A stretch of 64,000 nucleotides of DNA from Nitrospirales bacterium (GTDB lineage Bacteria; Nitrospirota; Nitrospiria; Nitrospirales; UBA8639). The position numbers and the translations under genes are program-made. Below, in pieces: positions 19,420 to 27,947 of this stretch. The stretch covers positions 992,001 through 1,056,000 of the forward strand of contig CBDCWC010000002.1 in NCBI GenBank assembly GCA_965223295.1, given 5' to 3'. Under the pieces are notes generated by a model, which saw only the letters and a list, made by a program, of their open reading frames with translations, was not told where the DNA came from and searched no databases. Each line of letters begins with the position of its first letter. Position 1 is the first letter of the stretch.

Positions 19420-19609
19420 GGGACTGTTGAACAATGATGATAGCAACGACCACATTTCGTGTCTGAGAAATAACATGTCAGAGACCGCAGGTCTGTTCAA
19501 AAAAGTCCGTTCAGCAAGGCCACAGCTCTTTTTGCCCGCGGAGCATACTGGCAGTATGTAAGCACAAAAAATAGCGAGAACGCCGCTGACGGCTTTTTTC
19601 AACAGACCC
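19420..19609 (+). mobile_element. MITE-like element, family B copy 1 (no nested insert)
   Basis: Ends GGGACTGTTGAA / TTCAACAGACCC; homologous to 23480, 29730 and 62006. Confidence 0.85.
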
Positions 19610-19617
19610 CTAACACT

Positions 19618-21141
19618 ATGATGCCAAAACCTCTTATTACAGCTTCAATGCTTTATAACCTCACAAGCTGTGAGCATCGCCTATACCTGGATACGTTTGG
19701 AGATCAATCACAACGAGGGGAACCAAACACCTTCATTCAACTATTATGGGAAAAAGGCACGCTCTTTGAGAAAGAAGTGATGACCCACCTAGAGCTCCCT
19801 TTCCTCGACTTGTCCTCCTACAAAGGAGCTGAGAAAGAATCTCGCACACGGGAGGCAATACAACAACAAGCGCAACTTATTTATGGCGGGCGCCTTTCTA
19901 TAAATCATCTATTGGGAGAGCCTGATTTATTGCGAAAAGAGCAAACGGGTTATGTCGCCGGCGATATCAAATCAGGTGCCGGAGAAGAGGGCAATGAAGA
20001 CAATGGCAAACTCAAAAAATCCTATGCCGTCCAACTAGGACTGTATACTGATATTCTCGAGCAGCTTAACTTTTCCGCTGGTCGGTGGGGTTTCATCTGG
20101 GACACCCATGGGAAAGAAGTACGTTATGATTTTAGCCAACCTCAAGGATTACGAACACCCCAAACTTGGTGGGAGCTCTACCAAACCTATCACCAACAGG
20201 CCCATGACATCCTTAAACAACAGCGTCACACGCAAGCGGCCTATAGTAGTGGAGTCTGTAAACTCTGTGAATGGTATCGACCCTGTTTGCTCCAACTGCA
20301 AAAACGCGATGACCTCACGTTGCTCCCTGAGTTAGGCCGCACTAAGCGTGACATTCTTCAGAAGAACTTTCCTACAGTTCAGGACTTTGCCTCGGCTGAT
20401 CTCAGCGAACTCATTCAAGGCAAGAAAACCCCCTTTCCTGGAATTGGCCAGGGAACCATGAAAAAACTCCATGCTCGCGCCCAACTCATTGCGGAAGGAG
20501 ATCAGGCACGCCCTTACCTGCGAGAACTGATCGACTTACCTCCTCATGAATCAGAGATTTTTTTTGATATTGAAGTAGATCCGCTTCGCGATCATACCTA
20601 TCTTCATGGCTTCATTGAACGTCAGCAACAAGATAATACATCTGAACAGTTTGTCGCCTTTTTCGTTTATCAGCCTACTCCAGAATCAGAACGCACGGCC
20701 TTTGCTCAAGCCATACACTATCTGCGCCAGCATCCCGATTCAAAAATTTATTATTACTCCAAATATGAACGCACGCTCTATCGAAAACTCCAAGTCAAAT
20801 ATCCTGATGTTTGCTCGGCTGAAGAGATTGAAGCCCTCTTTAATCCAGAACGCGCCATTGACTTGTATTTCGATGTGGTCTTAAAGGCCACGGAATGGCC
20901 CACTCGCGATTATTCGATCAAATCACTGGCGAAATATTTAGGCTTTGTTTGGCGAGACACTCACCCCTCCGGCGCCGCCTCGATCGAGTGGTTTCATCGT
21001 TGGGTAGAAAGTGGCGATCATGAGATCAAGCAGCGCATTCTGGACTACAACGAAGACGATTGCCGGGCTACCCGCGTTTTATTAGATGGGATAAGGCAGC
21101 TATCTCCTCGAACGGTCCCTGACTCACCACAGAACATTTGA
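19618..21141 (+). CDS. TM0106-family RecB-like nuclease with C-terminal RNase H-like domain
   Basis: CEHRLYLD, G.PDLL, DIKSG, QLGLY, CKLCEW..PC; FFDIEVDP, YSIKSLA, ILDYNEDDCRAT. Confidence 0.88.
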   Translation: MMPKPLITASMLYNLTSCEHRLYLDTFGDQSQRGEPNTFIQLLWEKGTLFEKEVMTHLELPFLDLSSYKGAEKESRTREAIQQQAQLIYGGRLSINHLLGEPDLLRKEQTGYVAGDIKSGAGEEGNEDNGKLKKSYAVQLGLYTDILEQLNFSAGRWGFIWDTHGKEVRYDFSQPQGLRTPQTWWELYQTYHQQAHDILKQQRHTQAAYSSGVCKLCEWYRPCLLQLQKRDDLTLLPELGRTKRDILQKNFPTVQDFASADLSELIQGKKTPFPGIGQGTMKKLHARAQLIAEGDQARPYLRELIDLPPHESEIFFDIEVDPLRDHTYLHGFIERQQQDNTSEQFVAFFVYQPTPESERTAFAQAIHYLRQHPDSKIYYYSKYERTLYRKLQVKYPDVCSAEEIEALFNPERAIDLYFDVVLKATEWPTRDYSIKSLAKYLGFVWRDTHPSGAASIEWFHRWVESGDHEIKQRILDYNEDDCRATRVLLDGIRQLSPRTVPDSPQNI

Positions 21142-21245
21142 CACACAAGGAAAACAACATGACTTAGGTTTCATACAACGAGACGGGCCGGCACGCATGC
21201 TTTCGCAACTCCGAGAGCCAAAGACAGGCCCTACAGTCTAATAAT

Positions 21246-22037
21246 CTACTCGCCGACGCGGACAAGCATGCCCTTTTCTTTGCACACATTGAAGGTGTGA
21301 TAAAACCAGGTCACAATCACGACGAAGAACAAAAAGTTCAGGCCAGTTGCCCAAAGAATATGATTCACAGGGACCACTTCATCGACCAGGACGGCGCGCA
21401 TACCTTCAAAAATATGGGCAGGAGGAACCATCCACGCAATAGATTGGAGAATAGGAGGGAGAACCTCAAGCGGATAGAACACACAAGAAATGGGCTGAAA
21501 CAAAAAGACCATGCCCCATGCTAAGACTTCGGCTTGTTGGCCAAAACGCATAATAATTGACGTGGTCAGAACCCCAATAATCCAACCCGAGAGCACCAAG
21601 TTCATGACAAATGGAAGAAGGGAAAATCCGATTTTCAACATATCATAGGAATAAAACACCCAGGCAAAAACCATCATGAGACTGGCCACAGCCGTCACCT
21701 TCAAGATACTCATGATCATGGTTGAGGCCAAATATTCTCCAACGGTTAGTGGACTGGCAAAGAGGTTCATGAGATTCCGTGACCACATCTCTTCAAGAAA
21801 TGAGACAGCCACTCCTTGCTGAGAACGAAACAACACATCCCAAAGAATTAATGCACCCAAGAAGAAAGCCACAGCACCATGGAGAGACACTCCTGAATCT
21901 TTCAAGTAGACAGTAATAAATCCCCACACGACCAAATCTAAAAATGGCCAATAAAAGATTTCGAGCATACGTGCAAAACTGCGTTTATAGAGATACAGAT
22001 GACGAGAGAGTAACCCTCCAATACGCCCAATGTTCAT
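21246..22037 (-). CDS. ABC-2 type transporter permease
   Basis: Six TM segments; EEMWSRNL.NLF.SPL, VFYPL.VLP. Confidence 0.9.
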   Translation of the reverse strand: MNIGRIGGLLSRHLYLYKRSFARMLEIFYWPFLDLVVWGFITVYLKDSGVSLHGAVAFFLGALILWDVLFRSQQGVAVSFLEEMWSRNLMNLFASPLTVGEYLASTMIMSILKVTAVASLMMVFAWVFYSYDMLKIGFSLLPFVMNLVLSGWIIGVLTTSIIMRFGQQAEVLAWGMVFLFQPISCVFYPLEVLPPILQSIAWMVPPAHIFEGMRAVLVDEVVPVNHILWATGLNFLFFVVIVTWFYHTFNVCKEKGMLVRVGE

Positions 22038-22771
22038 TGCGCTTTTGCTTCCCGTGCGATTTTCAAAAACACTTCTTCTAAATCACGCTGTCCATATCGT
22101 TGAATAATCTGATCTGCCGTCCCCTCTGCCACAATACGACCATGCTGAAGAAAAATGATGCGATTGGACATTTCCTCCATTTCGCGCATGTTATGCGACG
22201 TGTAGAGAATGCTTAAATTGACCGTTCGCTGATACTCCTTCAAAAACGCTTTAATCTTATTCACGATATCCGGATCTAAACTCGCAGTGGGCTCATCTAG
22301 AAAGAGGATTTTAGGTTGCGTCATCAACGCTTTGGCCAACGTCAGTCTGGACATTTGGCCTGAAGATAATTTTCGAGTCAGTTTCGACCGAATATCCTCC
22401 ATCTCTAAATTTTCGACAATAGCATCAACACGTTTTTGGATATGCTGCAGGCTATAGAGTCGAGCAATCACTTTGAGATTTTCTTCAACCGTCAACGAAA
22501 ATGGCATGGAAATATAGGTGGAAGAAAAATTGACTTGTTGCAGAATCGCTTCCCGATGCTGAGCAAGATCAAGCCCAAACATATGAATAGAGCCTGAGGT
22601 GGGGGATATAAGGCCAAGTAGGGTATGAATGGTTGTCGTTTTTCCCGCACCATTCGGTCCAAGCAGGCCTAAAATTTCTCCTTCATGAATGTCAAAAGAT
22701 ATATCATCGACCGCCGTAAAATCACCAAAGAGTTTGGTCAGATTTCGCACTTCAACTATAGGTTTAGACAT
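22034..22771 (-). CDS. ABC transporter ATP-binding protein
   Basis: GPNGAGKTT, LSSGQ, LFLDEPT, SH switch; start at MSKPIVEV. Confidence 0.93.
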   Translation of the reverse strand: MSKPIVEVRNLTKLFGDFTAVDDISFDIHEGEILGLLGPNGAGKTTTIHTLLGLISPTSGSIHMFGLDLAQHREAILQQVNFSSTYISMPFSLTVEENLKVIARLYSLQHIQKRVDAIVENLEMEDIRSKLTRKLSSGQMSRLTLAKALMTQPKILFLDEPTASLDPDIVNKIKAFLKEYQRTVNLSILYTSHNMREMEEMSNRIIFLQHGRIVAEGTADQIIQRYGQRDLEEVFLKIAREAKAQ

Positions 22772-22779
22772 GGAGAGAC

Positions 22780-23478
22780 TTAGAACAAAAATCCGCCAAT
22801 TTTGTCCGGCAGGTGACATGTTTCGCAACGATTACTGAGGACCTCACCGTCATAGGTTTGCTTTCCATCATGACACCGCATGCAATCAGCCATCGTGTTT
22901 TTCCAAAGTACAGAATTTTGAGGAAAGGCTGGCTCATGAGATTGGTCATCAAGTTTGACATGTCCGCGAGGAATGACAATGGGGTAGTTTTTTATTGGCG
23001 TTCCATGGACCACACGAGCATGACAGGTTGTACAACCTTCTCCCTGTCCACGTTTCTCGAACGCTTGCATATGGTCTCGATGATCCATGATGAGACCCAC
23101 CTCTTTGACAGGAGATGGCAAATCACGTGCTGAGACCTCGCTGACTCGCAGGATTGCCCGATGACAGCCAAGACAGACTTCTGTTGAGACATGGGATTGA
23201 AGGTTATGTGGTTCTGTGGGAGTTCCAAAGAAAGTAATGGCGACATCTTCTAGTCCTGCCAACACCTTATCCTGAATAAAACCGGAGAAGCCAGGTCTGA
23301 CATGGCAATCCACGCAGGTTACATCCTGATGACTAGAACGCGTCCAAGAATCGAAAGACGGCTTAATGGTATGACAACTCGCACAAAAGGTAGGCTGGTT
23401 GGTAAGAGGAATGGCTGCCGCCCCTCCTAAGGCCAGCACGACAAGCGCGGCCAAGATGAGGGTCAGACTTTTACCCAT
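22780..23478 (-). CDS. Membrane-anchored hexaheme c-type cytochrome (NapC/NirT-like N-terminus)
   Basis: N-terminal TM; six CxxCH motifs (CASCH, CVDCH, CLGCH, CTTCH, CMRCH, CETCH). Confidence 0.9.
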   Translation of the reverse strand: MGKSLTLILAALVVLALGGAAAIPLTNQPTFCASCHTIKPSFDSWTRSSHQDVTCVDCHVRPGFSGFIQDKVLAGLEDVAITFFGTPTEPHNLQSHVSTEVCLGCHRAILRVSEVSARDLPSPVKEVGLIMDHRDHMQAFEKRGQGEGCTTCHARVVHGTPIKNYPIVIPRGHVKLDDQSHEPAFPQNSVLWKNTMADCMRCHDGKQTYDGEVLSNRCETCHLPDKIGGFLF

Positions 23479-23479
23479 A

Positions 23480-23704
23480 GGGTCTGTTGAAAAAAGCCGT
23501 CAGCGGCGTTCCCTGCCCTTGCCGAAGCGGCTTCGCGGAGGCAGGTCGCCATTGTTCCGTGCTCACGTCGTGCCAGGACGCTCCGCGCGCAAACATGGCT
23601 GCGGCCTTGCTGAGCGGACTTTTTTGAATCGACCCGAAGTCGCTCATCATCCATGGGTGCCTGGCGAAATATGCCCCTTGATATCTTCACTATTCAACAC
23701 TCCC
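23480..23704 (-). mobile_element. MITE-like element, family B copy 2 (with nested 34-bp hairpin)
   Basis: GGGTCTGTTGAAAAAAGCCG...TTCAACACTCCC; reverse-complement homolog of 19420 and 62006. Confidence 0.85.
23512..23545. repeat. 34-bp REP-like hairpin nested in a family B element
   Basis: CCTGCCCTTGCCGAAGCGGCTTCGCGGAGGCAGG; absent at the same site (GTTC^TCGC) in copies 19420 and 62006. Confidence 0.8.
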
Positions 23705-23713
23705 CAATGAGAT

Positions 23714-24217
23714 CTACAAATCCGCTTGGAGGGGAAACCTAGAGATCAGAAGCTGAGCCAACCCTTGTACATCGTCTCGATCGAACCAAGGAACCTGCAT
23801 CTCAAGAGGCTTTATGGAAGCCACAGCGAGCAAACCTTCAAGCGAAACATCCACTTCTTGGACTTCTTCCCGTACCACAATCACTTTGGGAAATCCTTGG
23901 CTTTTCCATCCTTCGGCAATGATTAAATCGGTATCCTGATTCACAAATCGCTCTCGTACGTCTTCGAGAGGCAACTCTTCGGGCACATCAGCAAACATGG
24001 CAAGACTGCCTTTTGAGAGCACAACCACTTGATTGGCCCCTGCTCGTTTATGCCGCCAACTATCTTTTCCCTCAGTGTCGAGATCAAACCCATGCCCCGC
24101 ATGCTTAACCGTGGCTACGCGATAACCTGCTCGAGTAAGTTCGGGAATTAATCGTTCGATGAGCGTGGTTTTTCCACTGTTGGAATGTCCCACGAAACAC
24201 ACAATAGGGGGTACCAT
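23714..24217 (-). CDS. mobB: Molybdopterin-guanine dinucleotide biosynthesis protein B
   Basis: GHSNSGKTTLIE, VKHAGHGFDLD.EGKDSWRH..AGA, IIAEGWK. Confidence 0.93.
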   Translation of the reverse strand: MVPPIVCFVGHSNSGKTTLIERLIPELTRAGYRVATVKHAGHGFDLDTEGKDSWRHKRAGANQVVVLSKGSLAMFADVPEELPLEDVRERFVNQDTDLIIAEGWKSQGFPKVIVVREEVQEVDVSLEGLLAVASIKPLEMQVPWFDRDDVQGLAQLLISRFPLQADL

Positions 24218-24296
24218 ATTGAAACCTGCATATTCTTGAATAAAGGTGAAACAGGATCAATTCACATCCTATGAAATGACCAGCCAACAAAATGGT

Positions 24297-25529
24297 TTAA
24301 AAATTCCTGGACAACAATTGCACATTGACTACATCACCGGGCTGAAGTTTTTCCACTTCTTCCGGAACATCAATAAACCCATTGGCTTTCACCATCGAGG
24401 TTAAAATCCCAGAACCCTGTTTTCCTGTGGTCCGCACCACCAAGTCACCATTTTCATGCGCCAAAACACCGCGAAGAAAATGACGGCGATCTGTTTGCTT
24501 GGAAAACGTTTCTTGAAAGACGGCCTGTACTTTCGGTCGTTCCCAAGTCGTATGCCCACCCAACTTCAGCATGGCCGGGCGAACCAACTGATCAAAGGTG
24601 ACCATGGACGAGACAGGATTGCCAGGTAAACCAAACGCTAATTTCCCTTGAATTTTTCCAAACGCGACAGGCTGACCGGGCCGAATCGCCAACTTCCAAA
24701 AATTCATATCAGCGCCAAGTTCAGCAAATACTGGCTTGGTAAAATCATAATCTCCCATCGACACACCACCAGACAACACTAAAATATCACAGGTTAACCC
24801 CTGTCGAATCTTATCTTTCAGAGAATCCGGATTATCTTTCGCAATACCTAATAAGACAGGGATCCCCCCCGCTTCTTGCACACCAGCCGCAATACCATAG
24901 CTATTGGAATTCACAATTTTATTTTCATCGAAGGACTCATCCAGATCAGCCAACTCATCCCCGGTTGAAAGAATACCGACACGTGGCCGTTGGTGAACCA
25001 GAACAAATGACTTCGCCAAAATCGCCAACATACCGATCTCTCCCGATCGAAGTGTCGTGCCCTTCGCAATAATACAATCCCCTTCATGAACATCGTCCCC
25101 CTTCGGTCGAATATTGGCGCCTTGTCCATATTCTCGCATCATGATGCGTACCTTACTTGCCTCGGAAAGTTCCGTATATTCCACGCGAACTACCGTATCG
25201 GCCCCTGCCGGCATAGGCGCGCCGGTCATAATTCGAATCGCTTCCCCAGGCCCGACAGTTTTTGTCGCAACCGCACCTGCCGCAACATCTTCAATAATAT
25301 TTAATTCAGGTATAGTTGAAATGGCATGCTCAGAATGGATATCGGCCCATCGGACCGCAAATCCATCCATGGCCGAATTATCCCAAGGCGGATTGGCGCG
25401 AGGGGCAACAATATCCTCTCCCAAAACTCGGCCCAACGCTTCAAGCAAGCCAGTTTTTTCACAACCTAAGACACTTGTCGCATCTAACACGATTTTCTGA
25501 GCCGTGGTTAATGACGTTAAAGCACTCAT
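24297..25529 (-). CDS. moeA: Molybdopterin molybdotransferase
   Basis: PPWDNSAMDGFA, IMTGAP.P.GAD, STGDEL, SGGVSMGD.D, GLPGNPVS. Confidence 0.96.
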   Translation of the reverse strand: MSALTSLTTAQKIVLDATSVLGCEKTGLLEALGRVLGEDIVAPRANPPWDNSAMDGFAVRWADIHSEHAISTIPELNIIEDVAAGAVATKTVGPGEAIRIMTGAPMPAGADTVVRVEYTELSEASKVRIMMREYGQGANIRPKGDDVHEGDCIIAKGTTLRSGEIGMLAILAKSFVLVHQRPRVGILSTGDELADLDESFDENKIVNSNSYGIAAGVQEAGGIPVLLGIAKDNPDSLKDKIRQGLTCDILVLSGGVSMGDYDFTKPVFAELGADMNFWKLAIRPGQPVAFGKIQGKLAFGLPGNPVSSMVTFDQLVRPAMLKLGGHTTWERPKVQAVFQETFSKQTDRRHFLRGVLAHENGDLVVRTTGKQGSGILTSMVKANGFIDVPEEVEKLQPGDVVNVQLLSRNF

Positions 25530-25587
25530 GATGAAACCTAATGCGTTGAAACTACGGTGATTGGAAATTCACAGACATTCAAAACCA

Positions 25588-26553
25588 CTATGGCTTTTTA
25601 AACGGCGCAGGACGGGCCGCCACATTGACCAAAGAGCCCTTTTTCTTGCAAAACTCTTCAATTTTGTTCGCGACGCCATGGATAGCAGCAGCGGTAGGAA
25701 GATCCGAATGAAACAAAGCGTAGGGTTCTCCTCGATCACATTGCAACACCATTTCCGGGTCAAGTGGGACACGACCGAGAAACGGCACCTCCATGTCCGC
25801 AGCCGAGGCTTCGCCACCACCTTTGCGAAACACTTCAATAGCCTTATGGCAATGCGGACAATCTAAGCCACTCATATTTTCTACAATACCAATAATCGGG
25901 AGTTCACTATCTCTCACAAACGTCACAGACTTGCGGGAATCTAAGAGGGCCACTTCTTGAGGAGTCGATACGATCACACAACCTGTCACTTCCCCTATCA
26001 GATCCATAGTGGTGACTGATTCATTCCCAGTCCCAGGCGGTAAATCTATAAACAAATAATTCAAATCTTGCCATTCGATCCCACCCAATAATTGATTGAT
26101 AAATTCAAACTTATAAGCATCACGCCAAATAATAGGATCATCGGAATTCTGAAGAAGAAAGGACATTGATGCAATTTTTAGGTTATACACTTGATGGGGA
26201 ATAATCCCTCCACCTGTACTAATTTTGAGTTTTTCTCCTTCAACACCCATCATTTTGGGAATATTTGGGCCATGGATATCCATATCGCACACACCCACCT
26301 CATAGCCCTTCAACGCAAGACTAATCGCCAAATTGGTTGTCATCGTGCTCTTGCCCACTCCACCTTTATTACTCATGACGAGGATTTTGTTCTCAATGCG
26401 GCCCATCCGCTTGGCGACTAACCATCGACTATGCCCTTCCCGATCTTTCTGACAAGTTTCGGTTTCGTCACAAATTGCACAAGCCCACATATACGTACAG
26501 ACATCGCCACTTGACGAAGGAGAAGGTTGAACCATTTTAAGCTCGGTTGCCAT
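25588..26553 (-). CDS. Mrp/NBP35 (ApbC) Fe-S cluster carrier ATPase with N-terminal Cys-rich extension
   Basis: KGGVGKST, DIHGPNIP, IIWR, DLPPGTG, GIVENMS, CPHC; GGAGG RBS before ATG 26553. Confidence 0.92.
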   Translation of the reverse strand: MATELKMVQPSPSSSGDVCTYMWACAICDETETCQKDREGHSRWLVAKRMGRIENKILVMSNKGGVGKSTMTTNLAISLALKGYEVGVCDMDIHGPNIPKMMGVEGEKLKISTGGGIIPHQVYNLKIASMSFLLQNSDDPIIWRDAYKFEFINQLLGGIEWQDLNYLFIDLPPGTGNESVTTMDLIGEVTGCVIVSTPQEVALLDSRKSVTFVRDSELPIIGIVENMSGLDCPHCHKAIEVFRKGGGEASAADMEVPFLGRVPLDPEMVLQCDRGEPYALFHSDLPTAAAIHGVANKIEEFCKKKGSLVNVAARPAPFKKP

Positions 26554-26926
26554 ATATGCCTCCAACAAAATAAAGCCAATAAATACCTAGAACCCCTAAT
26601 TTACAAAGAAAAGATAAGGTTGTTGTTCTTCTCCACAGACCCAATGTTTTGAATCATATGACCTGAGAAATCCAATCAGGGAACTTGTCTCTGTCGTCCA
26701 AGGGTCAGAATAACTGGTAAAGACCTCGTCTGACAAAGGGCTCATCCCTTGAACAATGTCTCTTTTCACATCAACAGCCTTTCATAGGATAAAAGAGTCA
26801 TTTGGTGATTCGTCCAGATTTTTTTCAAGATTTTCCTTCAACCGTTGGATTCCAAACCGGATTACATTCCGGGCCCACCAAGGCTGAAATACCCATCAAT
26901 ATCTATCGCCGTCTACACATCCTCCA

Positions 26927-27880
26927 TCACCGTGGACCTGTGTCGGGCACACTGACATAGTCATCATCACCGCCAGACCCAACCCCAACCACTTGTGGTT
27001 CAACATTTGGCCGTACCGTTGGCGGTGTGCTGGCAGGAGGAGATGGCGGATCTTCATCGTCACCTTTGGTCTTCTTTTTTCCAAATACCTGGGCACTAAT
27101 AATCCCGACTTCGTAAAAGAAGTACATGGGTAGGGCCATGATACATTGATTAAATGGATCAGGTGTCGGTGTTAAAATTGCCGCAAATAAAAAAGATCCT
27201 AAAAATGCCCACTTGCGATATTGCCTCAAAAGTGTTGCATCCACCCACCCGAGTTTAGCCATCAACGTCAGGGCCAACGGCACTTCAAATATCAGCCCAA
27301 ACACCAGGAGAAACCACAGGATAAATCCTACAAAATTGGCGATAGAAATTTGAGCAATAAACCCTGATTCCAACCCGTAGGACAGCAGAAAATTCAGCGC
27401 AAAGGGGAGAACAAAAAAGAAACAAAAAATTAATCCTAAGAAAAAGGCAATGGTACTAATCACCGTAAATGGAGCCACAAACCGCCGTTCTTGGGCATGA
27501 AGTCCAGGAACCATAAACTGCCAGATTTCCCATAACCAATAGGGAGTGGTCAGGACCAAGGCACACAAACCGGCTACCTTCACATTTTGCCAAAGAGCCT
27601 CAGCCGGCGCGAGAAACACCAACGGGATTTTTGGTAAATCTGAAGGGACCCATTCCCAAGAATCTAAAATAAAATAATTTTGAAGTGGAACTCGCAGCCA
27701 AGTCACCAACGCATCGGCATAAAAAAAGGTCCCAACGAACACCAACGCCATGACCACAACCGCACGAGTCAACCGTTGTTGAAATTCATGAAGATGCTCC
27801 ATAACAGGCATCTTTTTATCTTCCAATGGTTTAAAGACTTTCTCTTCAAACCATTTTCCCCATTTACTTTGATCGGCCAT
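26927..27880 (-). CDS. tatC: Twin-arginine translocase subunit TatC
   Basis: MPVMEHLHEF..RL, EIWQF..PGL...ER, FGLIFEVP, AAILTPTPDP. Confidence 0.95.
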   Translation of the reverse strand: MADQSKWGKWFEEKVFKPLEDKKMPVMEHLHEFQQRLTRAVVVMALVFVGTFFYADALVTWLRVPLQNYFILDSWEWVPSDLPKIPLVFLAPAEALWQNVKVAGLCALVLTTPYWLWEIWQFMVPGLHAQERRFVAPFTVISTIAFFLGLIFCFFFVLPFALNFLLSYGLESGFIAQISIANFVGFILWFLLVFGLIFEVPLALTLMAKLGWVDATLLRQYRKWAFLGSFLFAAILTPTPDPFNQCIMALPMYFFYEVGIISAQVFGKKKTKGDDEDPPSPPASTPPTVRPNVEPQVVGVGSGGDDDYVSVPDTGPR

Positions 27881-27906
27881 CTTTTATGCGTACTCTCTAA
27901 ACAAAG

Positions 27907-27931
27907 AGAGGGAGGCATAAAGCCTCCCTCT
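27907..27931 (-). terminator. Terminator-like hairpin after degP
   Basis: Perfect 10-bp stem AGAGGGAGGC-ATAAA-GCCTCCCTCT with T-rich tails on both strands. Confidence 0.75.
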
Positions 27932-27947
27932 GTTTTCAATCGTGGTC

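Noticed and set aside
19417-19602. ORFs overlapping family B elements (also 23399-23710, 23463-23690, 29662-30036, 29667-29879, 29724-29942, 62063-62257)
   Set aside because: They are translations of the repeat; similarity is at DNA level and frames differ between copies
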